A stretch of 30,468 nt of DNA from Bacteroidota bacterium (GTDB lineage: Bacteria > Bacteroidota > Bacteroidia > AKYH767-A > 2013-40CM-41-45). The notes below the pieces were generated by a model that was not told the DNA's origin, ran no database searches, and was given only the letters and a program-made list of their open reading frames with translations. The stretch's first letter is position 1, and each line of letters opens with the position of its first letter. The stretch is from NCBI GenBank assembly GCA_041178685.1, contig JBEGUX010000177.1, forward strand, positions 1 to 30,468. Direction: 5' to 3'. Of the stretch, positions 1-8,426 are shown in pieces. Both the position numbers and the translations under genes were made by a program.

Positions 1-2
1 GC

Positions 3-1601
3 AGAGGAGCTTCCCGCCGTGACGGTAGCGGAAGCAGAGGAGGAGATCGTTCTTCTAAGCCCGGATTTCGACCAAAAGGAAATAATTCCGGCAGACCACG
101 AAGAGTATCAGACAATGAAAATCGCCAAGAGCGTGGTGAAAGGGGTGAAGCCGCCTCGCGGAGTCCTCGTCCGCGTATCTCGCGAGTTTCAGGTGACGAT
201 CGACCACGACGTACTTATTCGGATCGCGAAGAAAAACCAGCACGCCGCTCTTACGGCGATCGTGAAGAAAAGCCCGCACGTCGTTCCTACGGCGATCGTG
301 AAGAAAAGCCTGTACGTCGTTCCTACGGTGAACGCGAAGAAAAACCTGCACGTCGTTCCTACGGTGAACGCGAAGAAAAACCGGCACGTCGCTCTTACGG
401 CGATCGTGATGAAAAACCGGCACGTCGCTCTTACGGCGATCGTGAAGAAAAACCCGCACGTCGCTCTTACGGCGATCGTGAAGAAAAACCCGCACGCCGC
501 TCTTACGGTGATCGTGAAGAAAAACCGGCACGTCGCTCTTACGGCGATCGAGATGAAAAACCGGCACGTCGCTCTTACGGTGATCGCGAGGAAAAACCTA
601 CCCGTCGTACTTATGCTGACCGTGAAGAGAAACCAACGCGTCGCGCTCCAGGCAGTCGGATAGATGAAGAACGCAGTGAACGACCAGTTCGTCGTTCTTC
701 GGATCGTGAAGAAGGAAGATCTTATACCGGCCGTTCATCACATCGTGATACCGGAGATCGTCCGCGCTTTTCAAAAGATTCATCTCGTCGTTCTTTCGGT
801 AACGATAAACCAAAGTTCCGTAAATCACACGCTTCAAAAAAGGTGACGGGTTCCGATGACGGTACTACTCGTCTTAATAAATACATTGCGAACTGCGGGA
901 TTTGTTCGCGTCGCGAGGCAGACGAATTAATTAAAGCAGGTGTTATTTCTGTAAACGGCACTGTCATCACAGAAATGGGTTTCAAAGTAAATCCCGGCGA
1001 TGAGGTTCGTTACAACAATTCACTACTGAAAGGTGAGCGTCCTGTTTATATTATCCTTAATAAGCCCAAAGATTTTATAACAACGGTTGAAGATCCGGGT
1101 AATCGCCGTACGGTAATGGAATTGATCAGCGGCGCATGCAAAGAGCGCGTGTATCCTGTCGGCCGACTGGACCGCAATACCACCGGTGTTTTACTGTTTA
1201 CCAACGATGGTGATCTTGCGCGAAAATTGATGCATCCAAGTTTTCATGTTCAAAAAGTATATCACGTCACCCTCGAAAAATCGTTGAAGCCGGAGGAGAT
1301 GGAAAAGATCGCTGATGGAATGCATCTCGAAGATGGTCCGATTAAGGTAGACGATATAGCTTATGCCGGCGACGGAACAGATCGAAAAGAAGTTGGAGTG
1401 GAAATACATTCCGGTCGAAACCGCATTGTACGTCGAATATTCGAGCACCTTGGTCATGAAGTCATCAAGCTGGATCGTACGGTCTTTGCCGGTCTGACTA
1501 AAAAAGATTTGCCACGTGGCCGCTGGAGATTCCTGACGCCAATGGAAGTTGCCAACCTGAAAATGATGGTGGGTGACAAACGGATTAAAGAAACAGTTTA
1601 A
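3..1601 (+). CDS. rluB: RsuA/RluB/RluF-family rRNA pseudouridine synthase (S4 + catalytic domain) with a long N-terminal R/D/E/K/S-rich extension; 5' end lies outside the window
   Basis: The frame of ORF 843..1601 is open with no stop back to position 3 (translated by hand: RGASRRDGSG...KFRKSHASKKVTGSDDG). It has the S4 motif RLNKYIANCGICSRREAD and the catalytic motif YPVGRLDRNTTG. RluB versus RluF is not resolved. Confidence 0.9.
   Translation, partial: RGASRRDGSGSRGGDRSSKPGFRPKGNNSGRPRRVSDNENRQERGERGEAASRSPRPRISRVSGDDRPRRTYSDREEKPARRSYGDREEKPARRSYGDREEKPVRRSYGEREEKPARRSYGEREEKPARRSYGDRDEKPARRSYGDREEKPARRSYGDREEKPARRSYGDREEKPARRSYGDRDEKPARRSYGDREEKPTRRTYADREEKPTRRAPGSRIDEERSERPVRRSSDREEGRSYTGRSSHRDTGDRPRFSKDSSRRSFGNDKPKFRKSHASKKVTGSDDGTTRLNKYIANCGICSRREADELIKAGVISVNGTVITEMGFKVNPGDEVRYNNSLLKGERPVYIILNKPKDFITTVEDPGNRRTVMELISGACKERVYPVGRLDRNTTGVLLFTNDGDLARKLMHPSFHVQKVYHVTLEKSLKPEEMEKIADGMHLEDGPIKVDDIAYAGDGTDRKEVGVEIHSGRNRIVRRIFEHLGHEVIKLDRTVFAGLTKKDLPRGRWRFLTPMEVANLKMMVGDKRIKETV
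207..638 (+). repeat. Coding tandem repeat, 12 units x 36 bp, encoding RR(S/T)Y(G/S/A)(D/E)R(E/D)EKP(A/V/T)
   Basis: Units start at 207, 243, 279 ... 603. Consensus cgtcgctcttacggcgatcgtgaagaaaaaccggca. Units 423-458 and 459-494 are identical. Confidence 0.97.
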
Positions 1602-1618
1602 TTGAAAACAAACAGATC

Positions 1619-3577
1619 TTAGCGCAGAATATCAATCCCCAACGCTTTTGAAATTTGCGCTTTGATTTTTTCCATCCGGAGATGTTGTTCAAGTAGAGGA
1701 AGTACATCTTCTCCTGCCAGCTGAGCTTCTTTTATTTTAATTCTGCTCTCTTCCAGCATTCGCATTACCTTGATCTTTTTCAGATGAAAAACCGATTTCT
1801 CCAGCGCGTTCATCAAGTTATGCTCTTCAAGGGGAACATGAATTCCATGTTTAGCTGACCAGTTTTCGCTCAACTGATAACGCGGGCTGAGTAATTCAAT
1901 CGCTACGTTGCGTAATTTTTCATCTTCGTGACGAAGTAAAATGTCCGAATCTAAAAAAGGCGAATCTTCCGGCTGTTCAGCATAAAGTCCGAGGATACGA
2001 TCATAAACCGGATTTTCAAAACGGATATTATCCATCGTGATCTCCTCCACAATGTAGCGCGCAACATATGGCTCGTACGTCACGGTAATGGTTTGTCCAT
2101 CCTGATTTTCTTCCTCAACAGAATAGCTGGCTTTCAGATGGCCGAAGTTCAATAGTAGACGAATGATATTCTTCTCTTGTTCCTCTGTGCTTAACTCCGT
2201 AACCGGCGCGTCCGGTTTTATAGTTTCTGTAATCAGTTCTACAATCGAATCATCTCCGGTATCTTTTTTAATTTGCTGCCGCTTGATCTTGTTAAGCTCG
2301 TTAAGTAATACGCCTTCGCTAATTTCCATTAGCGAGCTGCACTTTTTAACGTACATCGAACGTAAAATCTGATCCGGAACTTTCGCAATCGTTTCTACTA
2401 CATCTCGGATTAAATTCGCCTTTCGGATAGGGTCATTGCTAACTTCATGGAGTAATAGTCCGGTTTTAAAGACGACAAAATCTTTCGCTGACTCTTCGAT
2501 GAATTTCACCACCTCTGCGGCAGGATATTTCTTAGCATAGGAATCCGGGTCGTCGCCGTCAGGAAACAAAACCACTTTTACATTCAATCCTTCTTGAAGG
2601 ATGATGTCTATACCACGAATTGCTGCTTTGATACCAGCAGAATCGCCGTCAAACAACATTGTAATATTTTTCGTGTATCGTCCTATTAACCGGACTTGAT
2701 CAGGTGTCAGGGATGTTCCGGAGGAAGCAACAACATTTTCAATACCGGCCTGATGCATCGAAATAACGTCGGTATATCCCTCTACCAGATAACAAACGTC
2801 CTTTTGTACAATAGCTTTTTTTGCAAAATAAATACCGTACAGCGATTTACTCTTGAGATAAATATCTGATTCAGGTGAGTTAAGGTATTTCGCTATTTTA
2901 TCATCCTTCTTCAGTATTCGACCGCCGAAACCAATGACACGTCCGGTAAGGTTATGAATCGGGAACATCACACGGCCGCGAAAGCGATCGATCAGGTTTC
3001 CTTTGTCGTTGCGGAAGCAGAGACCTGTTTTCTCCAGGAAGTCCTCTTGATAGCCGCTTTTAACAGCTAGTTGTCCGAATGAATTCCAATCATTGAAAGA
3101 ATATCCGAGCTGAAATTTATGAATAGTCTCTTCTGTAAAGCCGCGTTCTTTGAAGTAGGTCAGTCCGATAGATTTTCCTTCTTCACTTTCAACCAATTGC
3201 TCGGAAAAAGTTTTCTGCGCAAAGGAATTCAGAATGTAAAGGCTTTCGCGTGCATCCTGTAATTCCAACTCTTTGGGTGTCGGTACTGTTTCTTCGACCT
3301 CAATTTTGTAGCGATTGGCAAGATAACGAAGAGCGTCCGGGTACGACATGCTTTCGTGTTTCATCACAAAGTTGATGGGATTGCCACCTTCGCCACAGCC
3401 GAAACATTTATAAATATTTCGTGCAGGATTTACGTTGAAGGATGGAGTATTCTCCCCATGGAAAGGACATAGTCCGATAAAGTTTGTTCCGCGTCTTTTC
3501 AAAGCGACAAACTCTCCAACAACCTCCTCGATGCGGGCGGCCTCAATTATTCGATCAATTGTTTCCCGGGTGATCAT
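1619..3577 (-). CDS. dnaG: DNA primase
   Basis: Zn finger CPFH...CFGC, KYLNSPES, TOPRIM motifs EGYTD and FDGDSAG; 652 aa. Confidence 0.98.
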   Translation of the reverse strand: MITRETIDRIIEAARIEEVVGEFVALKRRGTNFIGLCPFHGENTPSFNVNPARNIYKCFGCGEGGNPINFVMKHESMSYPDALRYLANRYKIEVEETVPTPKELELQDARESLYILNSFAQKTFSEQLVESEEGKSIGLTYFKERGFTEETIHKFQLGYSFNDWNSFGQLAVKSGYQEDFLEKTGLCFRNDKGNLIDRFRGRVMFPIHNLTGRVIGFGGRILKKDDKIAKYLNSPESDIYLKSKSLYGIYFAKKAIVQKDVCYLVEGYTDVISMHQAGIENVVASSGTSLTPDQVRLIGRYTKNITMLFDGDSAGIKAAIRGIDIILQEGLNVKVVLFPDGDDPDSYAKKYPAAEVVKFIEESAKDFVVFKTGLLLHEVSNDPIRKANLIRDVVETIAKVPDQILRSMYVKKCSSLMEISEGVLLNELNKIKRQQIKKDTGDDSIVELITETIKPDAPVTELSTEEQEKNIIRLLLNFGHLKASYSVEEENQDGQTITVTYEPYVARYIVEEITMDNIRFENPVYDRILGLYAEQPEDSPFLDSDILLRHEDEKLRNVAIELLSPRYQLSENWSAKHGIHVPLEEHNLMNALEKSVFHLKKIKVMRMLEESRIKIKEAQLAGEDVLPLLEQHLRMEKIKAQISKALGIDILR

Positions 3578-3607
3578 GAACTGTATAAGCTAGGAAAAGC
3601 CTATTTT

Positions 3608-3615
3608 CAAAAGTA
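3608..3615 (-). promoter_or_regulatory. Bacteroidota sigma70 -7 element (TACTTTTG) for dnaG
   Basis: Exact TAnnTTTG match in the intergenic region, 30 nt upstream of the dnaG ATG. Confidence 0.6.
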
Positions 3616-3692
3616 CGATTTTTAGTGGAGAAAGAAGCGGCTACCCATGCAGCTTCGCTAAAAAGAGGCAACGAATGCTTAAAATTTCGCGA

Positions 3693-4670
3693 TTACCGCT
3701 TACGTTCAGTCGTAAAACGAACAAGCGATTCCAGTCCATCCCGGAATTCATTGGAAGGAAATGTATTCAATAGGTCAAATGCTTTCTGCTGGAAAAGTTT
3801 CATTTGGTCTTCTGCATATTGAATGCCGCCGTGCTGATGGACGAAATTAATGACCTCATCAATTTTTTTACGATCAGAAGTTCGGCTTTTAATAATTCGG
3901 ATGACGTTCTTTTTTTCGAAATAGCTCGCTTTCGAAAGTGAGTGAATCAGCGGCAACGTCATCTTACTTTCTTTTATATCAATGCCTGTTGGTTTACCGA
4001 TGGCACCTGACGGACCGTAATCAAAAAGATCGTCTTTGATCTGAAAGGCGATTCCAATCCACTCGCCAAACTGGTGCATTTTTTTTACCGTATCTGCATC
4101 CGCACCGGCGGAGGATGCCCCACACGCACAACAAGATGCAATCAGCGAAGCAGTTTTGCGACGAATAATTTCAAAATAAATTTCTTCAATGATATCCAAG
4201 CGTCGTGCTTTTTCGATTTGTAACAGTTCGCCTTCGCTCATCACTTTCACCGCTTCGGATACGATTTCCAGTAATTCGAAATCTTTATGCTCTACAGAAA
4301 GTAAAAGTCCTTTACTCAGCAAATAATCTCCCACTAGAACGGCAATCTTGTTTTTCCAAAGTGCGTTCAGTGAAAAAAAACCGCGCCGCTCGTTACTGTC
4401 GTCAACCACATCATCGTGGACTAAAGTTGCAGTGTGAAGCAATTCAATGAGCGTTGCTGCGCGGTGAGTCTTTTCCTGTATTCCTCCACACAGTCCGGCC
4501 GAAAAAAAGACAAACAGCGGACGCATCTGTTTGCCTTTCCGTTTGACGATATAGTGAGTAATCCTATCCAATAATGGAACAGGACTTTTCATCGACAATC
4601 GGAACTTCTTGTCGAATTCGTCAATCGTAGTGCCTAAAGGCTTTTTTATTTCTTCCAGAGAAAGCGGCAT
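3693..4670 (-). CDS. ispB: Long-chain polyprenyl diphosphate synthase (IspB/HepT type)
   Basis: FARM LVHDDVVDDSNERRG, SARM FQIKDDLFD, and GKQMRP. Start placed at ATG 4670 (MPLSLEE) rather than 4688. Confidence 0.92.
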   Translation of the reverse strand: MPLSLEEIKKPLGTTIDEFDKKFRLSMKSPVPLLDRITHYIVKRKGKQMRPLFVFFSAGLCGGIQEKTHRAATLIELLHTATLVHDDVVDDSNERRGFFSLNALWKNKIAVLVGDYLLSKGLLLSVEHKDFELLEIVSEAVKVMSEGELLQIEKARRLDIIEEIYFEIIRRKTASLIASCCACGASSAGADADTVKKMHQFGEWIGIAFQIKDDLFDYGPSGAIGKPTGIDIKESKMTLPLIHSLSKASYFEKKNVIRIIKSRTSDRKKIDEVINFVHQHGGIQYAEDQMKLFQQKAFDLLNTFPSNEFRDGLESLVRFTTERKR

Positions 4671-4675
4671 CGCTG

Positions 4676-4683
4676 TAAAGGTA
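4676..4683 (-). promoter_or_regulatory. Possible -7 element variant (TACCTTTA) directly before the ispB ATG
   Basis: One mismatch to TAnnTTTG, 5 nt before the ATG at 4670. Confidence 0.4.
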
Positions 4684-4749
4684 GACAATTAGTGCCGCAT
4701 TTAAGTTTGGCCTAACCTTAAAAAGAGGTAATTCCAGGCAGGAAAAGTT

Positions 4750-5835
4750 TTATTGTGCTGACTTCTTAGGTGATTTTTCTTTTACGGCTTCATTTTTATT
4801 GGCTAGCTGTCCACAAGCGGCATCAATGTCCTTTCCGCGACTACGTCTGACGTTTACGATGATGCCTTTCTGCTCGAGGTAGCCGACGAAAGCATTCAAC
4901 TTATCTTCTTTCGCATTGATGAATTCTCCGCCATCAATCGGATTATATTCGATGATGTTAACTTTTGCTTTTACGCGCCGGCAGAAAGCCTCCAATTCAC
5001 GAGCATCCTGCAGTGTATCGTTGAAGCCGTTAAACACAATGTATTCGAAAGTTACACGGGTGCCTGTTTTGTCATAAAAATATTGTAATGCATCGGCCAA
5101 GGCATCCAACGTATTACTCTCGTTGATCGGCATGATACGGTTTCGTTTTTCATCGTTGGCAGCATGCAGTGAAAGCGCCAGGTTGAATTTCACGCCATCG
5201 TCGCCCAGTTTGCGTATCATTTTAGCAATACCTGCTGTACTGACGGTTATTCGTTGCGGCGACATGCCAAGTCCATCAGGAGCAGTTATCCGCTCAATAC
5301 TCTTTAAAACGTTTGCGTAATTGAGCAATGGCTCGCCCATTCCCATATATACGATATTGCTGAGCGGAATACCGTATTTTTCTTCCGATTGTTCGCGGAT
5401 CAGTGCCACCTGATCGTAGATTTCGTCGGCTTCCAGATTACGGAGCCTTTCAAGTTTACCGGTAGCGCAGAATTTACACGTCAAGCTGCAGCCAACTTGT
5501 GAAGAGACGCACGCTGTCATCCGGCTTTCGGTTGGAATCAATACGCCTTCAACGATATTTCCATCGAATAAACGGAATGCATTTTTAATGGTACGGTCAC
5601 GGCTCACCTGAAAATTATCGATGGCCACAGCTGGCAAGGAGAATCGCTCTGCAAGCAGTTGCCGCATTTCTAGCGGCAGATTGGTCATGGCATCAAACGA
5701 ACGGGCGCTCTTTTTCCAAAGCCATTCCCAAACTTGCTTGGCCCTAAATGCAGGAGCTCCGGCTGACGTAAACCAGTCTTTAAGTTGCTCTTGTGTAAGC
5801 AATCGAATATTGGGAAGCGCGTTGGAGGTCTCCAT
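4750..5835 (-). CDS. rlmN: Dual-specificity 23S rRNA A2503 / tRNA A37 C2-methyltransferase (radical SAM)
   Basis: CVSSQVGCSLTCKFC (CxxxCxxC), MGMGEP, SLHA, IDAACGQL. Start placed at ATG 5835. Confidence 0.97.
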   Translation of the reverse strand: METSNALPNIRLLTQEQLKDWFTSAGAPAFRAKQVWEWLWKKSARSFDAMTNLPLEMRQLLAERFSLPAVAIDNFQVSRDRTIKNAFRLFDGNIVEGVLIPTESRMTACVSSQVGCSLTCKFCATGKLERLRNLEADEIYDQVALIREQSEEKYGIPLSNIVYMGMGEPLLNYANVLKSIERITAPDGLGMSPQRITVSTAGIAKMIRKLGDDGVKFNLALSLHAANDEKRNRIMPINESNTLDALADALQYFYDKTGTRVTFEYIVFNGFNDTLQDARELEAFCRRVKAKVNIIEYNPIDGGEFINAKEDKLNAFVGYLEQKGIIVNVRRSRGKDIDAACGQLANKNEAVKEKSPKKSAQ

Positions 5836-5843
5836 TTGTGGCA

Positions 5844-5851
5844 CAAAGATA
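5844..5851 (-). promoter_or_regulatory. -7 element (TATCTTTG) for rlmN
   Basis: Exact TAnnTTTG match 8 nt upstream of ATG 5835, in the divergent rlmN/amidohydrolase gap. Confidence 0.6.
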
Positions 5852-5881
5852 CGAAGACAAAGTGGTAAGGTTGATAAATGG

Positions 5882-5889
5882 TATCTTTA
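5882..5889 (+). promoter_or_regulatory. Possible -7 element variant (TATCTTTA) for the amidohydrolase gene
   Basis: One mismatch to TAnnTTTG, 7 nt before ATG 5897. Confidence 0.4.
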
Positions 5890-5896
5890 CCTCCCG

Positions 5897-7105
5897 ATGA
5901 AGCGTTTTTTAACAGCGAAAGTGATCTTTCCGGTAGACCAGCCTCCCATCAGCAATGGAATTCTGGTGTTGGATGCTAATGGAGTAATTATGGATATCAT
6001 CGATCCGGATCTACGTTCAGACGATGCCGCTCAGCTGCTAAATTCCTCGCAGTTGGAAAGATTTGAAGGCGTTTTGGTACCCGGTTTCATAAATGCTCAT
6101 TGTCATCTTGAGTTATCTCACTTGCGAGGTAAAATCGAAGAAAAGTCCGGGCTTCCGGTTTTTTTAAAGAACGTGTCGCAGCTTCGTGCAACAGACGACG
6201 AAGAAATTCGTGAAGCAATGGTAGCTGCAGATAAAGAAATGTATGAGGAAGGAATTGTTGGTGTAGGTGATATTTCCAACCGTGATGTATCTATTACCAT
6301 AAAAAAAGCTAGCCGACTACGTTACCATACATTTGTAGAAGCGTTTGACTTACATCCGGATTATGCCGATGCTCGTTTTGCAGAAGCTGAAAGAATACAA
6401 ACCTCATTCGCAGTCGAAGGTCTTTCAGCTTCTATAGTTCCACATGCGCCTTATACTGTTTCAGATAAATTATTGCAGTTGATTATCGTTCGAAATAACA
6501 ATTTACTTTCGATTCATCATCAAGAGACATCATCTGAGATAGAAATGTTCCAAAGTAATTCCGGTTCACTGCTGGAATTTTTGAAGGCAACAGGAAAGTA
6601 TGACAACTGGATTTCCGGCGGAAGTTCTTCATTGGACTATATTTTTAATAACATTCAACACCATCAACGGCTATTACTTGTACATAATACCTATGCCAGT
6701 CGACTTGATTTTGATAAAGCAGCGTTGGTGACAAGTGACCTTTGGTGGTGTTTATGTCCCAAGGCGAATCTATATATAGAAAACCGATTGCCGGATGTCA
6801 ATGAAATGGCAGAGAGGAGTTTTAAATTAGTGCTGGGAACGGACAGCTTATCATCGAATAACCGGCTGTCAATACTGGACGAGATGAAAGTCCTTCAAAC
6901 TAATTTTCCATCATTAACTTTTAATCAACTTTTACAATCCGCGACATTACTTCCATCGCGTTTCTTTGGTTGGGATAAATGGTTGGGTAGTTTTACTCCC
7001 GGCAAGCAGCCCGGTGTCAATCTTCTTTTAAGTGATGTTGACCTATTTGGGTTGCTAAATGAAGAAAAGTATTTAGTGAATACAAAGCTTGAAAGGATAG
7101 CTTGA
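5897..7105 (+). CDS. Metal-dependent amidohydrolase (COG0402-type deaminase; aminodeoxyfutalosine/MTA-SAH deaminase-like)
   Basis: PGFINAHCHLELSH (HxH), VPHAPY, IHHQE, LVH, GTDSLSSN. The real start is probably ATG 5897; the 5621 start overlaps rlmN. Confidence 0.85.
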   Translation: MKRFLTAKVIFPVDQPPISNGILVLDANGVIMDIIDPDLRSDDAAQLLNSSQLERFEGVLVPGFINAHCHLELSHLRGKIEEKSGLPVFLKNVSQLRATDDEEIREAMVAADKEMYEEGIVGVGDISNRDVSITIKKASRLRYHTFVEAFDLHPDYADARFAEAERIQTSFAVEGLSASIVPHAPYTVSDKLLQLIIVRNNNLLSIHHQETSSEIEMFQSNSGSLLEFLKATGKYDNWISGGSSSLDYIFNNIQHHQRLLLVHNTYASRLDFDKAALVTSDLWWCLCPKANLYIENRLPDVNEMAERSFKLVLGTDSLSSNNRLSILDEMKVLQTNFPSLTFNQLLQSATLLPSRFFGWDKWLGSFTPGKQPGVNLLLSDVDLFGLLNEEKYLVNTKLERIA

Positions 7106-7199
7106 TTATTCATCGCTTGATTTAATAACTTCATCATTAATTTAACAATTTACTTAATGCAATTAATTAAATTTACTTTCCAATTGAATACGAGTAATA

Positions 7200-8261
7200 A
7201 TGCCCAATAAAGTTTCCCGGAAGATCATCGTGCTGGCGCTTCTTCCTTTGCTGATTATCAATACGTTGATTTGGTATTTTTTCTTTTTTGAGAAAAAAGC
7301 TCCCGTAACTTCTGATAAAAAACAACTGGCTTGCGATGTCAAAGGATTTCGCCGTGCCGGTTATAAATTTACACGGCCGCTATTGATGTTGGACCGTGCA
7401 TGCGATGATCCCTCATTGGATCCATTACGGAGCAAAGTAATTTCTTTGCTCAGCAGCATGAAGCAGCAAGGTGATTTTGACCGTGTATCGGTTTACTTCC
7501 GCTTCCTGGACTCTGGTCGTAACTTTTCTTTGAACGATGAGCAGTTTAGTCCGGGAAGTTTGATGAAAGTGATGACCTTGATCACCTATCTTAAAGACGC
7601 GGAAGAGGATCACGGACTTTTAAATCGAAAAGTTACATACGATCATCGCTTCTCGAACATGCCTGAGCAGCAAATCACTTCAGGAACCGGTATTGAATTT
7701 GGTAAGTCGTACTCCATTGATGAATTGTTACGTAAAATGATCGTGGAGTCTGACAATGAGGCAACCGCATTACTCAACGAGCGAATTGATATGAAGGTGT
7801 ATAATCAGGTTTTATCTGCATTGTCTCTTCCGTTGCCCGATATACATCAAACGGACTATCCTATTACTGCGGAAAACATGAGTCGATTTTTCAGATTGCT
7901 GTATAATTCTTCCTTTTTGTCTCCGGAGATGTCTGATAAATCACTGGAATTATTGACAAAAAGTAATTTTAAAAATGGACTGTGCAGAGATGTCGGAACA
8001 AAGGTGGTGGTGGCCCATAAATTTGGTGAGAAGAATGTCCCTCCATCTTTTCAATTGCATGAAGCCGGTATTTTTTTCGCCGGCAACTCTGACTATTTGT
8101 TGGTGGTGATGACTGAAGGCAGGGATCAACAACGACTTCCTGATGTGCTGGCACGCATAAGTAAGCTTGTGCTGGACGAATTGATCGGTAACTATGGTAT
8201 CACCCCATCAAGTATGCCGGAATTAACAGAGCGATCAGTTCCCGGAATGGTGGCTGGTTGA
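7200..8261 (+). CDS. Membrane-anchored class A beta-lactamase-like serine hydrolase (penicillin-binding fold)
   Basis: N-terminal hydrophobic segment, SxxK (GSLMK), SDN (VESDNEA), HKFG at the KTG position. Confidence 0.85.
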   Translation: MPNKVSRKIIVLALLPLLIINTLIWYFFFFEKKAPVTSDKKQLACDVKGFRRAGYKFTRPLLMLDRACDDPSLDPLRSKVISLLSSMKQQGDFDRVSVYFRFLDSGRNFSLNDEQFSPGSLMKVMTLITYLKDAEEDHGLLNRKVTYDHRFSNMPEQQITSGTGIEFGKSYSIDELLRKMIVESDNEATALLNERIDMKVYNQVLSALSLPLPDIHQTDYPITAENMSRFFRLLYNSSFLSPEMSDKSLELLTKSNFKNGLCRDVGTKVVVAHKFGEKNVPPSFQLHEAGIFFAGNSDYLLVVMTEGRDQQRLPDVLARISKLVLDELIGNYGITPSSMPELTERSVPGMVAG

Positions 8262-8426
8262 TTGGCTTTCTGACATTTTTAAAAAGATTTATGTAAAATT
8301 TTATAGAATTTTTAATTAAGGGCAACGTTTTTTCACGAAATTAGTATACAGTTTAGTGAAAGAAATTAATGGAAATTAACTGATTTCAATATAGTTAATG
8401 ACTATTTTTAATCCGAAGCACGTAAA

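Noticed and set aside
207-638. CRISPR array, suggested by the 36-bp unit length
   Set aside because: Units are contiguous with no unique spacers, preserve a reading frame, and no cas genes are present.
19-846. ORFs 19..663 (+), 664..846 (+), 55..567 (-, His-rich repeats) and 598..837 (-)
   Set aside because: Out-of-frame or antisense shadows of the 36-bp repeat region. Repeat variation is mostly synonymous in frame +3, which is continuous with the pseudouridine synthase.
3619-3664. Imperfect hairpin between ispB and dnaG as terminator or riboswitch
   Set aside because: Short stems, a 7-nt bulge and a 13-nt loop; no recognisable RNA motif.
5621-5896. 92-aa N-terminal extension of the amidohydrolase in the ORF track
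   Set aside because: It overlaps rlmN on the opposite strand and the divergent promoters; ATG 5897 gives a normal-length protein.
7200-8261. Calling this a beta-lactamase resistance gene
   Set aside because: No ExxLN/E166 segment, KFG instead of KTG, and a membrane anchor; activity is unsupported.
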